A DNA stretch of 64,000 nt, taken from contig NZ_JAQNDL010000001.1 in NCBI RefSeq assembly GCF_028368995.1, positions 160,001 to 224,000 of the forward strand, given 5' to 3'. Positions 29,895-39,505 of this stretch are shown in pieces. The notes beneath the pieces are model-generated. The model worked only from the letters and a program-made list of their open reading frames with translations. It was not told the DNA's origin and made no database searches. Position 1 is the stretch's first letter. Each line of letters starts with the position of its first letter. The stretch is from Nannocystis bainbridge. GTDB taxonomy: Bacteria; Myxococcota_A; Polyangia; Nannocystales; Nannocystaceae. Both the position numbers and the translations under genes were made by a program.

Positions 29895-31031
29895 TCACCG
29901 GCCCGCGGCGCCCTCGCCCCGCGGGCCGGCGCGCGTCAGGCCCCTGGCCGCGCCGATGCAGTGCTTCAGCGCCTCGCGCAGCGTGGCGAACACGTGGATC
30001 CCGCGCATGTCGACGCCGAGAGTGACGATCGTCTGGGCGATGTTCGGGTTGATGCCGGTGATGACGCCCTCGGCGCCGAGCAGGCGGATCGCGCGGATCA
30101 TCCCGATCAAGTGGTTCGCCGTCGACGTGTCGACCACCTCGATCCCCGTCATGTCGAGGATCGCGTGCCGCGCCCGCATGCGGGCCACGTGCTGCAGCAA
30201 GCTGTCCATGATCTCCGCCGTGCGCACGCTGTCGACCAGGCCGATGATCGGCAGCGCCAGCACGCCCTCCCACACCTCGATGATCGGCGTCGACAGCTCG
30301 TGGATCACCCGCTGTTGCCGCTCGATCAGCTCGAGCTTCTCGAGCAGCTCCCGCTCGCGCGCGCGCGTGGCCGTGACCTCGAGCGAGATCGTCACCAGAC
30401 CCGCGTCGCTGCCCGGCAGCACCGGGATGTGCCAGTTCTCCCAGATCTTTCCGAACTCCTCGAGCGCCGTCATCGGCATGATCTCGCCGGCCAGGCCGCG
30501 GCGGATGAACTCCGCGGAGGCCGCGTTGCCGTACAGCGCGAACGCGTTCTGACCGACGAATTGATTGGGCGCGATGCCGACCGACTCGAGCCCCTTGCCC
30601 TCGACCAGCAGGTACGTCCCCTCGCGGTCGAACACGCTGACCACCGTCGGCAAGTGACTGAGGAACGCCCGCAGCGCCGCCTGCTCGATCTGCACCCGCT
30701 TCTCGGCCGCCACCGCCGCCGTCACCTCGCGCCCGTAGCAGACCACCCCGACGCGCGTGCCCGCCTCGTCGTGCACCGGCGCCGGCGACCACTCGAACAC
30801 CCGCCCGTCCGTCAGCGTCGTCCGCAGCGGCCCCGCGTAGCTGTCCTCCAGGACAGCTCGCCAATCACCGCCGCGCGTCGGCGCCAGCTCGGCGACGACG
30901 CGTCCGACCGCCTCGTCGCGCGCCACGCCCAGCAGCTGCTCGGCGCTCTCGTTCCACTCGTCGATCCGCAGCTCCAGATCGAAGCCGACCACCACGAAGG
31001 GGACGCGATGCCTCCCTGCCCGTCTTTCCAT
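29895..31031 (-). CDS. PAS-PAS-STAS protein (RsbR-like)
   Basis: WNESAEQLLG PAS motif; ELSTPIIEVWEGVLALPIIGLVDS, ILDMTGI, RLLGAEGVITGI STAS. Confidence 0.9.
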   Translation of the reverse strand: MERRAGRHRVPFVVVGFDLELRIDEWNESAEQLLGVARDEAVGRVVAELAPTRGGDWRAVLEDSYAGPLRTTLTDGRVFEWSPAPVHDEAGTRVGVVCYGREVTAAVAAEKRVQIEQAALRAFLSHLPTVVSVFDREGTYLLVEGKGLESVGIAPNQFVGQNAFALYGNAASAEFIRRGLAGEIMPMTALEEFGKIWENWHIPVLPGSDAGLVTISLEVTATRARERELLEKLELIERQQRVIHELSTPIIEVWEGVLALPIIGLVDSVRTAEIMDSLLQHVARMRARHAILDMTGIEVVDTSTANHLIGMIRAIRLLGAEGVITGINPNIAQTIVTLGVDMRGIHVFATLREALKHCIGAARGLTRAGPRGEGAAGR

Positions 31032-31187
31032 CGCCGTATTGGAGCACACCGGCGGCGGCGCTCGCCGCGGAAACCGGGCCGCGCGTCCGCCCCGGCCTCA
31101 CGCGGGGCGGGCCGTCCGTGCTGCCGCGGAGCACCGCGCGCCAGCCCGCCGCACTTCGCCCGACACGCGCGCCTGGAACAGGTTGCA

Positions 31188-31240
31188 GAACATGTTCTGC
31201 ATAACATGTCCTGGAGGACATGTCATGCAGGACATGTCCT
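31188..31240. repeat. Tandem array of the 14-bp palindrome (3 units plus half-sites)
   Basis: gaaca|tgttc-tgca-taaca|tgtcc-tgga-ggaca|tgtca-tgca-ggaca|tgtcc; abuts the stop of the Omp85 gene. Confidence 0.88.
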
Positions 31241-32556
31241 CAGAACGCGTGCTCGCTCTGCAGGTACAGCGCTCCGCCTTCCTTGCCGAAGCCGCCCTCG
31301 ACGCGGAACACCACGAAGCGGTCCCAGATCAGCAGCAGGCCCGGCCCGCCGGACACGTACCAGTGCTTGAGCATGTCGGCCATCGTCTGGGACACCAGGC
31401 CGGCCTCGGCGAACAGCTCGAGCCCGAGCCCGAGCGTGTGGCGGCGGATCTTCAGCTCGACCGGCGCGAACCGCAGCTCGAACCCCGCCGTCGCCTTGTG
31501 CTTGCCGATGAAGCGGCGGCGGCCGAACCCGCGGCCGACGTACGCCCCGCCGTAGGCCTCCATCGGGAACAGCCCGCCGAACTCGCCGAGCGTCATCAGC
31601 GGCGGCTCGCCCCACAGCGTGTCGAACGTGAGCCGGTGGGCCAGCACGATCTTCGACTGCCCGAGCGTCCAGTAGTGGCGCATCGACCCGTGGAAGCGGC
31701 CCCAGTTCGACGACGACCCGGTCCACTTGCCCGACGCGTCGAACGTCACGTCGATGAGGCTGCCCTCGGTCGGGCTCCAGTCGTTGTCGCGGCTGTCCCA
31801 CGTCACCCCGAGGCGGACGTAGCCGCGGCGCCACGTGCCCTCCGCGCTCGGCAGCTCCTCCAACAGGCGGGAGTTCGGCGCCCCCTTGATCACGTCGACG
31901 TAATAGAAGATCCCCGAGTAGTGGCGCAGCGTCCCGGGCGCCCGCCCTGGCCGCTCGAGGGTGTAGAGCGGGTGCTCGAACGTGAACCACCCGCCCCAGT
32001 TGTCCATCCGGATCAGGTTGTAGGGCGCCGTCAGCTCGCCGGACGACAGCGTCTGGTTGTTGTTGATGCCGTAGAACGTGAAGACCGGGTCGAGCGAGGC
32101 GAAGAAGCCGAAGTTGAAGATCTCGCGGCGCCCCAGCATGTCGCGCATGCGGGCGCTGAGGATGTGGTCCTGGACCAGCTTGGTCGACACGCGCGACCAC
32201 GCCAGCCCGTACACCCGGTTGAAGTTGTCGTTGGGTAGGCGATACGCGTAGTTGAGCGAGCCGCCCAGCGTGAGCCCCGTCGCCGGCTGCGAGCTGAGGT
32301 GCGGCAGCGGCAGCAGGCGGTGCCGGGTGTCGCGTTGCCGGCGCGTACGCTTGCGGAACCGCGAGCGCGCCGGCGGCGTGACGGGCACCGTCGCCTCCGG
32401 CAGCTCCGGCTTCGGCGGACCGTTGTCGACGCTCACGGCCAGGGGCGAGCCGGGCGGCAGCTTCGGCCCTTCGGGAACGCCCGGAGGGTTCGCCACAGTC
32501 ACCCCGGGGACGGGCGACGGCGCGAGCGCGAGCGCGATGACGCAGGCTGCGAACAA
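31240..32556 (-). CDS. Omp85/BamA-TamA family outer-membrane beta-barrel without evident POTRA domains
   Basis: WDSRDNDWSPTEG, GRGFGRRRFIG, ELRF, terminal aromatic strand LYLQSEHAF; start uncertain. Confidence 0.8.
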   Translation of the reverse strand: MFAACVIALALAPSPVPGVTVANPPGVPEGPKLPPGSPLAVSVDNGPPKPELPEATVPVTPPARSRFRKRTRRQRDTRHRLLPLPHLSSQPATGLTLGGSLNYAYRLPNDNFNRVYGLAWSRVSTKLVQDHILSARMRDMLGRREIFNFGFFASLDPVFTFYGINNNQTLSSGELTAPYNLIRMDNWGGWFTFEHPLYTLERPGRAPGTLRHYSGIFYYVDVIKGAPNSRLLEELPSAEGTWRRGYVRLGVTWDSRDNDWSPTEGSLIDVTFDASGKWTGSSSNWGRFHGSMRHYWTLGQSKIVLAHRLTFDTLWGEPPLMTLGEFGGLFPMEAYGGAYVGRGFGRRRFIGKHKATAGFELRFAPVELKIRRHTLGLGLELFAEAGLVSQTMADMLKHWYVSGGPGLLLIWDRFVVFRVEGGFGKEGGALYLQSEHAF

Positions 32557-32656
32557 GGATTCGGAGTCCGCGGCAGTGTTGACCGCGCTCGCAGCCGATG
32601 CAAGGACTCGCTTGCTCGTCCCGCGCCGCGCGCGCTAACTTGCGCCTACAGCGAAG

Positions 32657-33616
32657 ATGCCCGCCCCGATCGCCATCTTCTACGAACACCCCGATTGGTT
32701 CCGCCCGCTGTTCGCCGAGCTCGAACGTCGGGGATTGCCCGTCGTCCGACTCGCCGCCGATCAGAGCCGCTTCGACCCGGCCGAGCGCGACCCGCCCTTC
32801 GGCCTCGTGTTCAACCGCGCAAGTCCCTCCGCCTATCTGCGCGGTCGCGGTCAGACCACGCATTACACCCTCGCAATTTTGCGGCACTGGGAGCGGCGCA
32901 AGATCCCCGTCGTCAACGGCAGCGCCGTCTACCGCTACGAGGTCTCCAAGGCCGACCAACTCGGCCTCCTCGACGACCTCGGCCTCGGCTACCCGCGGGC
33001 CCACGTCATCAACTACCCCGGCCAGGCCCTCGCCGCCGCCGCCGGTCTGCGCTGGCCGATCCTCGTCAAGGCCAACGTCGGCGGCAGCGGGGCTGGCATC
33101 CGCCGCTTCGACACCCCGGCCGAGCTGGCCGCCGCCGCCGATCGCGGCGAGCTCGACCTCGGCGTCGACCACACCGCGCTGGTGCAGGAGCTGTGTCCCT
33201 TGCGCGGCGGCAAGATCGTCCGGGTCGAGGTCGTCGGCCGCAAGTTCCTCTACGCCATCGAGGTGTTCCCCCCGCCCGCCTCGTTCAACCTGTGCCCGGC
33301 CGACGCCTGTCAGACCGCCGACGGCCGTGACCTCGAGCGCTCCGCCTGTGCCCTCGACGCCCCGAAGACCGGCATGCGCGTCCAGGGCTACAACCCCCCG
33401 CCCGAGGTCATCCGCGCCGTCGAGGCGATCGCCGAGGCCGCCGCGCTCGACGTCGGCGGCGTCGAGTACCTCGTCGACGACCGCGACGGCGAGATCTACT
33501 TCTACGACATCAACGCCCTCTCGAACTTCGTCGCCGACGCCCCGCGCGTCGTCGGCCTCGACGCCTTCGCCCGCTGCGTCGACTACCTGCAGGCCCGCTG
33601 GGAAGCCGGTATCTGA
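32657..33616 (+). CDS. ATP-grasp ligase (RimK/glutathione synthase-like)
   Basis: VKANVGGSGAGI, LVQE, DVGGVEY, YDINALSNF. Confidence 0.85.
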   Translation: MPAPIAIFYEHPDWFRPLFAELERRGLPVVRLAADQSRFDPAERDPPFGLVFNRASPSAYLRGRGQTTHYTLAILRHWERRKIPVVNGSAVYRYEVSKADQLGLLDDLGLGYPRAHVINYPGQALAAAAGLRWPILVKANVGGSGAGIRRFDTPAELAAAADRGELDLGVDHTALVQELCPLRGGKIVRVEVVGRKFLYAIEVFPPPASFNLCPADACQTADGRDLERSACALDAPKTGMRVQGYNPPPEVIRAVEAIAEAAALDVGGVEYLVDDRDGEIYFYDINALSNFVADAPRVVGLDAFARCVDYLQARWEAGI

Positions 33617-33622
33617 CCTTTC

Positions 33623-33682
33623 GACCATGTTCTCGGGGCCATGTCCTTCCATCCTGTCGAAACGACCATGTCCCGAGGGTCC
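33623..33682. repeat. Degenerate array of the 14-bp palindrome (4 units)
   Basis: gacca|tgttc-tcgg-ggcca|tgtcc...|tgtcg-aaac-gacca|tgtcc-cgag-ggtcc; one unit is 13 bp. Confidence 0.7.
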
Positions 33683-33762
33683 TGCGACCCTGCAGGAGCA
33701 GCCATGCCCCGCCCACTGCTCGCCGCTCCCGCGCCTGACCGCGCGACCGTATAGGACCCGCC

Positions 33763-34782
33763 ATGCGCTTCGGCTACTGGCTCCCCGTGTTCGGCGGCTG
33801 GCTACGCAACGTGCCCGACGAGGGCATGGCGGCCACCTGGGACTACGCGCGCAGGCTCGCGGTGCGCAGCGAGCAGCTCGGCTACGACCTCACCCTCGTC
33901 GCCGAGCTGTTCCTCAACGACATCAAGGGCCCGGCCGCGCCCGCGCTCGACGCCTGGACCACCGCCGCCGCCCTGGCCGCCGTCACCACCCGCCTGGAGC
34001 TCATGGTCGCGGTCCGGCCGACCTTCCACAGCCCGGCGATCTTCGCCAAGCAGGCCGCCAACCTCGATCAGATCAGCGGCGGCCGGCTCGCGCTCAACGT
34101 CGTCTCCTCGTGGTGGTCCGACGAGGCCCGCCGCTACGGCGTCCGCTTCGAGCGCCACGACGACCGCTACGCCCGCACCGACGAGTGGCTGCGGATCGTC
34201 ACCGGCGCCTGGAGCGAGCCCGAGTTCAGCTTCCGCGGCCAGTTCTACGAGGTCGAGGGCTGCGTGCTCGCGCCCAAGCCCGCGCGTCGCCCCGTCCTCT
34301 ACGCCGGCGGCGAGTCGGAGGCCGCCAAGACGCTGATCGCCCGCGCCTGCGACGCCTACGTCATGCACGGCGACCCGCCCGAGCGCGTCGCCCCCAAGGT
34401 CGCCGACATGCGCCGCCGCCGTGAAGCCCTCGGCTTGCCGCCGATGAGCTTCGGCATGGCCGCCTACGTGATCGTCCGCGCCAGCGAGGCCGAGGCCGAA
34501 AGCGAGCGCGCGCGCATCACCGACGTCTCCGAGGGCTCGCCCGGCTACGCCAACTACCGCGACTTCTTGCAGAACACCCAGCTCGATCAGCAGGTCAGCC
34601 GCGAGGACTACTCGGTCTCGAACCGGGGCCTGCGCGCCGGCCTCGTCGGCACCCCCGCGCAGGTCGCGGAGCAGATCCGCCGCTTCGAGGCCGCCGGCGT
34701 CGACCTGCTGCTGCTGCAGTGCAGCCCCCAGCTCGAGGAGATGGAGCGCTTCGCCGCCGAGGTGATGCCGCTGCTGCGCTGA
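33763..34782 (+). CDS. LLM-class flavin-dependent monooxygenase (SsuD/SfnG-like)
   Basis: LAAVTTRLELMVAVRP, LDQISGGRLALNVV, RYARTDEW, GLVGTPAQVA. Confidence 0.9.
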   Translation: MRFGYWLPVFGGWLRNVPDEGMAATWDYARRLAVRSEQLGYDLTLVAELFLNDIKGPAAPALDAWTTAAALAAVTTRLELMVAVRPTFHSPAIFAKQAANLDQISGGRLALNVVSSWWSDEARRYGVRFERHDDRYARTDEWLRIVTGAWSEPEFSFRGQFYEVEGCVLAPKPARRPVLYAGGESEAAKTLIARACDAYVMHGDPPERVAPKVADMRRRREALGLPPMSFGMAAYVIVRASEAEAESERARITDVSEGSPGYANYRDFLQNTQLDQQVSREDYSVSNRGLRAGLVGTPAQVAEQIRRFEAAGVDLLLLQCSPQLEEMERFAAEVMPLLR

Positions 34783-34850
34783 CATGGCCCAAGCGACATG
34801 TCCTGAGGGCAACCGCATGTCCTCAAGGACATGTTTTTAAAGACATGTCA
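34780..34850. repeat. Tandem array of the 14-bp palindrome (2+2 units)
   Basis: tgaca|tggcc-caag-cgaca|tgtcc-tgag-ggcaa..ccgca|tgtcc-tcaa-ggaca|tgttt-ttaa-agaca|tgtca; begins in the stop codon. Confidence 0.85.
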
Positions 34851-34959
34851 CTGCCCGTCTCACTCCCCGCCCACGGCAACTTCGACCCCAACGGTCGTTG
34901 GCGCCTCTCCTCACGTCGTCCGCTTGCAAAACGCAGGGCCCGCCGCGCGACCTCTCCTT

Positions 34960-36615
34960 GTGCGACTCCGGCTGCTCCTCCCCCTCGCCTTCGTCCCCTC
35001 CTGCATCGATTTTGTCCTCGACGCCGACCTCGACGGCCCGCGGATCGTCGCCACCGACCTCCCCGGTCCGCGCGCCCTCGAGGTCCCGGTCGCGGGCCCG
35101 TGGCAGCTCGAGTTCAGCGAGCCGCTCGACCCGCATCGGCTGCGGCTCGCCCTGCTCGCCTGGGAGACTGTCGGCGCCTGCGAGCTCACCCCCGAGTGCG
35201 ACGAGGGCAGTTGCGAGCGCGGCCGCTGCCAGACCGATCCCATCGCCACCGCCGACCTGCGCGCCGTGGAGCGCGGCGAGCCGCTCGACGACGCCATCCC
35301 GATCACCGTCGACCTCGAGGACCTGCCCTCCCGGCCAGGTACGACCCTGCGCATCACCCCGGACCGTCCGCTCGCGCCACACGCCCGCCACAGCCTCCTC
35401 GTGTTCGCCCGCGACCGCCGCGGCGCCCCCCTGGTCGACGACGACGGCGAGGCCGCGGTGTGGCGGCGCGACCTCGTCACGGCCGGTCCGGCCAGCTCGG
35501 GCCCGGCGCCGCGGCTGGTGTCGCCGCCGCCCGGGGCCGACCTCGTGCCCACCGATCTCGCCCGGGTCGACATCGCCTTCGCCCGCCCCGTCGACGCCCG
35601 CGCCAGCGATACCCTGGAGCTGCGCAGCCCCGACCCGCCCCGTGAGCTGCGCGATCCGGTCCCGTGCCCCGGCTGGGTGCCTGGCCTCTGCCTGTCCTTC
35701 AGGACATCCGAGCCGCTCGCCCCCGGCGTCGTCTACGAGCTCGGCGGCGGCAGCCTGCGCGACCGCGCCGGCCGTCTGTTGGTCCCGCCGCGCGAGTTCG
35801 CCGCCTTCCGCACCGGCCCTGGCCCCGACCTCAGCCCGCCCGATCTCGCGAGCCTCGCCTTCGTCCAGATCGGCCGCTGCCTGCACGCCCGCCTGCACGC
35901 CCGCGAGCCGCTGCGCCTGCGCCTGGTCGTCGGCCCCGAAGCGCGCGAGCTCGTCGCCCCGGCCGGCCCCGTCGACCTCGGCCTCCGCCTCGACGCCCCC
36001 GCCGGCGCCCGCGTCACCGCCACCTTGCAGGCCTGGGACCTCGCCGGTCGCACCGCCGAGCGCAGCGAAGAACATGTCCTCGGGGACAGCTTCGATCGCG
36101 GCGCCCCGCCGCTCGCGCTCGCCGAGGTGCTGGCCAACCCGCGCGGCCGCGAGCCCGCGCAGGAGTTCGTCGAGCTGGCCGATCTGCGCACCACCGGCGA
36201 TCCGCTGCTCGTCAGCGGCCTGCGCCTCGTCGACGGCCCCGCGGGCGCCGTCGAGCTGGATGGCGGCGATCCGCTGCCCCCGTTCACCAGCGCCCCCGGT
36301 CAGCGCCACCTGATCGTCCCGGCCGCTTACGATCCCGATCAGGGCGACGATCCGGGCCCGCCGCCGGGCACCTCGCTCCTGCGCGTCGACGCCTCTCTGG
36401 CCGCGGGTGGGCTCAAGAACAGCCCCGGCGAGGCGCTCCTCCTGGTCTTCGAGGCAGGTGCGAAAGGCCCTGTCGCATTGGACAGCTACGGCGGCTGGCA
36501 CGACCCGGGCGATCTCCCGGGGCGCTCGCTCGCCCGCGACCCCGGCGGCTGCGACACCCCCGCCGCCTGGGCGCCGCACCCGAGCGGGCGCGCGAACCCG
36601 GGCCTCGGCCCGTGA
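34960..36615 (+). CDS. Putative lipoprotein with Ig-like domains and a lamin-tail-like domain
   Basis: Signal peptide ending VPSC; FSEPLD and FARPVD Ig motifs; LAEVLANP...EFVEL, GLKNS.GE, NPG. Confidence 0.7.
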   Translation: MRLRLLLPLAFVPSCIDFVLDADLDGPRIVATDLPGPRALEVPVAGPWQLEFSEPLDPHRLRLALLAWETVGACELTPECDEGSCERGRCQTDPIATADLRAVERGEPLDDAIPITVDLEDLPSRPGTTLRITPDRPLAPHARHSLLVFARDRRGAPLVDDDGEAAVWRRDLVTAGPASSGPAPRLVSPPPGADLVPTDLARVDIAFARPVDARASDTLELRSPDPPRELRDPVPCPGWVPGLCLSFRTSEPLAPGVVYELGGGSLRDRAGRLLVPPREFAAFRTGPGPDLSPPDLASLAFVQIGRCLHARLHAREPLRLRLVVGPEARELVAPAGPVDLGLRLDAPAGARVTATLQAWDLAGRTAERSEEHVLGDSFDRGAPPLALAEVLANPRGREPAQEFVELADLRTTGDPLLVSGLRLVDGPAGAVELDGGDPLPPFTSAPGQRHLIVPAAYDPDQGDDPGPPPGTSLLRVDASLAAGGLKNSPGEALLLVFEAGAKGPVALDSYGGWHDPGDLPGRSLARDPGGCDTPAAWAPHPSGRANPGLGP

Positions 36616-36656
36616 GATTGCCGAAAGCCGCCCGATCGGCGATGCTCCGCCGCCGC

Positions 36657-38909
36657 ATGGCCGCCCCCGAGACCCCCGACAACGAGGCCGCTGGCGAGCG
36701 GATCGAGGGGGCCGTGCTCCGCGTCGTGCACCACAACCCGCAGACCCGCTACACGGTGCTGCGGGTCGTGCGGCCCGGCGAGGTCGCGCCGCAGACGTGG
36801 GTCGGCCGCTCGACCGGCATCGAGGAGGGCATGCAGGTCACCGCCGCCGGCGAGTGGACGCACCACCCGAGCTACGGCAAGCAATTCAACTTCGCCCGCA
36901 TCGCCGCCAAGGCCCCGACCACCCCGGCGGGCATCCAGCGCCGGCTCGAGCGCTACCCCGGCCTCGGCGCCGAGAAGGCCGAGCGGATCGTCCAGCGCTT
37001 CGGCCTCGACACCCTGTCGATCCTCGACAAGACGCCGCGCCGCCTGCTCGAGGTCGAGGGCATCGGCCCCAAGACGCTCGAGCGGATCGTCGCGCATCAC
37101 ACCGCGCGCGGCGGCCCGACGGCGGAGATCGAGAATCACCTGCTCGAGCTCGGCCTGCCGACCCACTTCGCCGACGCGATCAGCCAGCGGTTCGGGGAGA
37201 CCGCGCTGACCGTCCTGCGCCAGCACCCCTACCGCCTGGCCCGCGAGGTCCGCGGCATCGGCTTCATCACCGCCGACAAGATCGCCCGCGCGCTCGGCGT
37301 CGACCTCGAGAGCGACGAGCGCATCGAAGCCGGCCTGTTCCACACCCTCGAGCAGTCGGAGCAGAACGGCCACTGCGCCCTGCCCATGCCGATCCTCGTG
37401 CAGAACGCCGAGCGCCTGCTCGAGCTGCCGCCGGTCCGCATCGAGGCCGAGGCGATGAAGCTCGTCAACTCCGGCGCGCTCGTCCTCGACCGGCGCGAGG
37501 GTGACGACGGCGAGCCGATGCCGCCGCTGTGCTACCCGCCGCGCTTCTACGACGCCGAGCGCAACGTCGCCGAGATCCTCACCGACATCGCTCTCGGGGC
37601 CGGCAAGGGCCGCGGGCGCTGGACCGCCGTCGAGCCGCCCTCCGGCCTGTCCGCCGGCCAGCTCGCCGCGATCGAGGCCATCCGCGACGCCGGCCTCGTC
37701 ATCCTCACCGGCGGCCCCGGCACCGGCAAGAGCACCGTCACCCGCGCGATCATCGACACCGCGCTCGCCAACGAGTCGCCGGTGCTGCTGGCCGCGCCGA
37801 CCGGGCGCGCCGCCAAGCGCCTGGCCGAGGCCACCGGCCAGCGCGCCACCACCATCCATCGCCTGCTCGAGATCGAGGGCGGCACCGGCGAGTTCTTCCA
37901 CAACGCCCACAACCCGCTGCCCGAGGGTCTGGTCGTGATCGACGAGGCGTCGATGCTCGACCTCTCGCTGGCCGAGGCGCTGCTGCTCGCGCTCACGCCC
38001 CAGCACCGGCTGCTGCTCGTCGGCGACGCCGACCAGCTGCCCTCGGTCGGCCCCGGCAACGTCCTGCGCGACGTGCTCGCCGCCACCGACCGCGCCGACT
38101 CGCCGATCCCGGTGGTGCGGCTGACCCAGATCTTCCGCCAGGCCGAGGGCTCGTCGATCGTCACCTCGGCCCACGCGATCCTGCGCGGCAAGGTCCCCGA
38201 GTCCGACCGCAGCGACGGCGGCCAGTTCTACGTCGTCCAGGCCCGCGACAGCGAGCGCGCCCACGAGCTGGTGCTCAAGGCCATCACCGAGCGGATCCCC
38301 AAGGCTTACGGCCTCGACCCGCGCACCGAGGTCCAGGTGCTGTGCCCGATGCACAAGGGCAAGGCCGGCACCGAGGCCCTCAACGCCGCGCTGCAGGCCC
38401 ACCACACCGCCGGCGCGCCCGAGTTGGTCCTGCCCGGCCGTCCGCCGCGGGTCTTCCGCGTCGGCGACCGCGTGATGCAGACCAAAAACGACCACGAGCG
38501 CGGCGTCTTCAACGGCGACATCGGCCTCGTCACCGCCGTCGACCCCGACCGCCAGACCCTCACCGTCGAGGTCGACGGCGATCCTGTCCCTTACGACGCC
38601 AAGCAGCTCAACGCGCTGCAGCTCGCCTACGCCGTCTCGATCCACAAGAGCCAGGGCAGCGAGTTCCCGGCCGTGGTCGTGCCGCTGCTCAGCGAGCACC
38701 ACGTCATGCTGCGCCGAAACCTGCTCTACACCGCCGTCACCCGCGCCCGCCGGCTGTGCGTCCTCGTCGCCGACCCGCGCGCGCTGACCCAGGCCGTCCA
38801 CCGCAGCGACGCCGCCCGCCGGTTCACCGGCCTGCGCGAGCGCCTGCTCGCCGCCCTGCGCGAGCGCCTCGGCGAGCGCCGCACCGTCCGCCACATCGAC
38901 GGCGCATGA
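36657..38909 (+). CDS. recD2: ATP-dependent RecD-like helicase RecD2
   Basis: GIGFITADKIA, TGGPGTGKS, APTGRAAKR, IDEASM, VGDADQLPSVG, LAYAVSIHKSQGSEF, LYTAVTRA. Confidence 0.95.
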   Translation: MAAPETPDNEAAGERIEGAVLRVVHHNPQTRYTVLRVVRPGEVAPQTWVGRSTGIEEGMQVTAAGEWTHHPSYGKQFNFARIAAKAPTTPAGIQRRLERYPGLGAEKAERIVQRFGLDTLSILDKTPRRLLEVEGIGPKTLERIVAHHTARGGPTAEIENHLLELGLPTHFADAISQRFGETALTVLRQHPYRLAREVRGIGFITADKIARALGVDLESDERIEAGLFHTLEQSEQNGHCALPMPILVQNAERLLELPPVRIEAEAMKLVNSGALVLDRREGDDGEPMPPLCYPPRFYDAERNVAEILTDIALGAGKGRGRWTAVEPPSGLSAGQLAAIEAIRDAGLVILTGGPGTGKSTVTRAIIDTALANESPVLLAAPTGRAAKRLAEATGQRATTIHRLLEIEGGTGEFFHNAHNPLPEGLVVIDEASMLDLSLAEALLLALTPQHRLLLVGDADQLPSVGPGNVLRDVLAATDRADSPIPVVRLTQIFRQAEGSSIVTSAHAILRGKVPESDRSDGGQFYVVQARDSERAHELVLKAITERIPKAYGLDPRTEVQVLCPMHKGKAGTEALNAALQAHHTAGAPELVLPGRPPRVFRVGDRVMQTKNDHERGVFNGDIGLVTAVDPDRQTLTVEVDGDPVPYDAKQLNALQLAYAVSIHKSQGSEFPAVVVPLLSEHHVMLRRNLLYTAVTRARRLCVLVADPRALTQAVHRSDAARRFTGLRERLLAALRERLGERRTVRHIDGA

Positions 38910-38994
38910 CCTTCAGGACATGTCCTCGGTGACATGTCCGAGAGGCCTGGTCGACAGCGCTGCTGGCTCGCGACATGTTCTCTTGGACATGTCC
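38907..38994. repeat. Tandem array of the 14-bp palindrome (3+1 units)
   Basis: tgacc-ttca-ggaca|tgtcc-tcgg-tgaca|tgtcc-gaga-ggcct ... cgaca|tgttc-tctt-ggaca|tgtcc; starts on the recD2 TGA. Confidence 0.88.
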
Positions 38995-39446
38995 GGGCGG
39001 CCAGTCGCCCCCGCGCCCCATGCCGTCGCGCCCGGCTCGCCGAGGCGGCCCTCGTTGTGGGCGCAGCTCCACACGCATGCGCACGCGCCTCGCAGCCGAG
39101 AACGCCGGGAGCTCGCGCCAAACCAGCTGCGGCAGGCCGCGCCGGCGGTGTACCGGCCGTGAACGCCGTCAGCGCCGGGCATGACGGTGCCCGCCGCTGA
39201 CCACTGCCTGGGCCGCCTCGGCCCTCGCCCCGCCCGACCTTCACGGTGTTCGTCCCGGCCCGCCGCTGCTGCTCGCGCCGGCCTGGCCGGTGACTCGGTG
39301 GAAACCGCGAGAGCGACGAAACAGCGCCCACCGCCGCGATCACCGCCGGCCCACGAAGCGCGGAGCTCTCGGTCCGAACGTCTGTCCCGAGGTCACCACC
39401 GGCGCACCCCGACGGCCGCCGCGGACCCGCCCGAAAACCCACGCTC

Positions 39447-39471
39447 GCACCCGCTGCGAGGGTGCTTTTTT
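39447..39471 (+). terminator. Intrinsic terminator-like hairpin upstream of yebC
   Basis: GCACCC-gctgcga-GGGTGC-TTTTTT. Confidence 0.55.
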
Positions 39472-39505
39472 CCGCCAGGCGCGTGTGGTACTGACCTCGG
39501 TCAGG

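Noticed and set aside
39299-39325. Faint resemblance to a c-di-GMP-I riboswitch (GGAAAC...GAGA...ACGAAAC)
   Set aside because: The stem is too short and the second conserved hairpin is not evident; kept only as a generic structured-RNA candidate.
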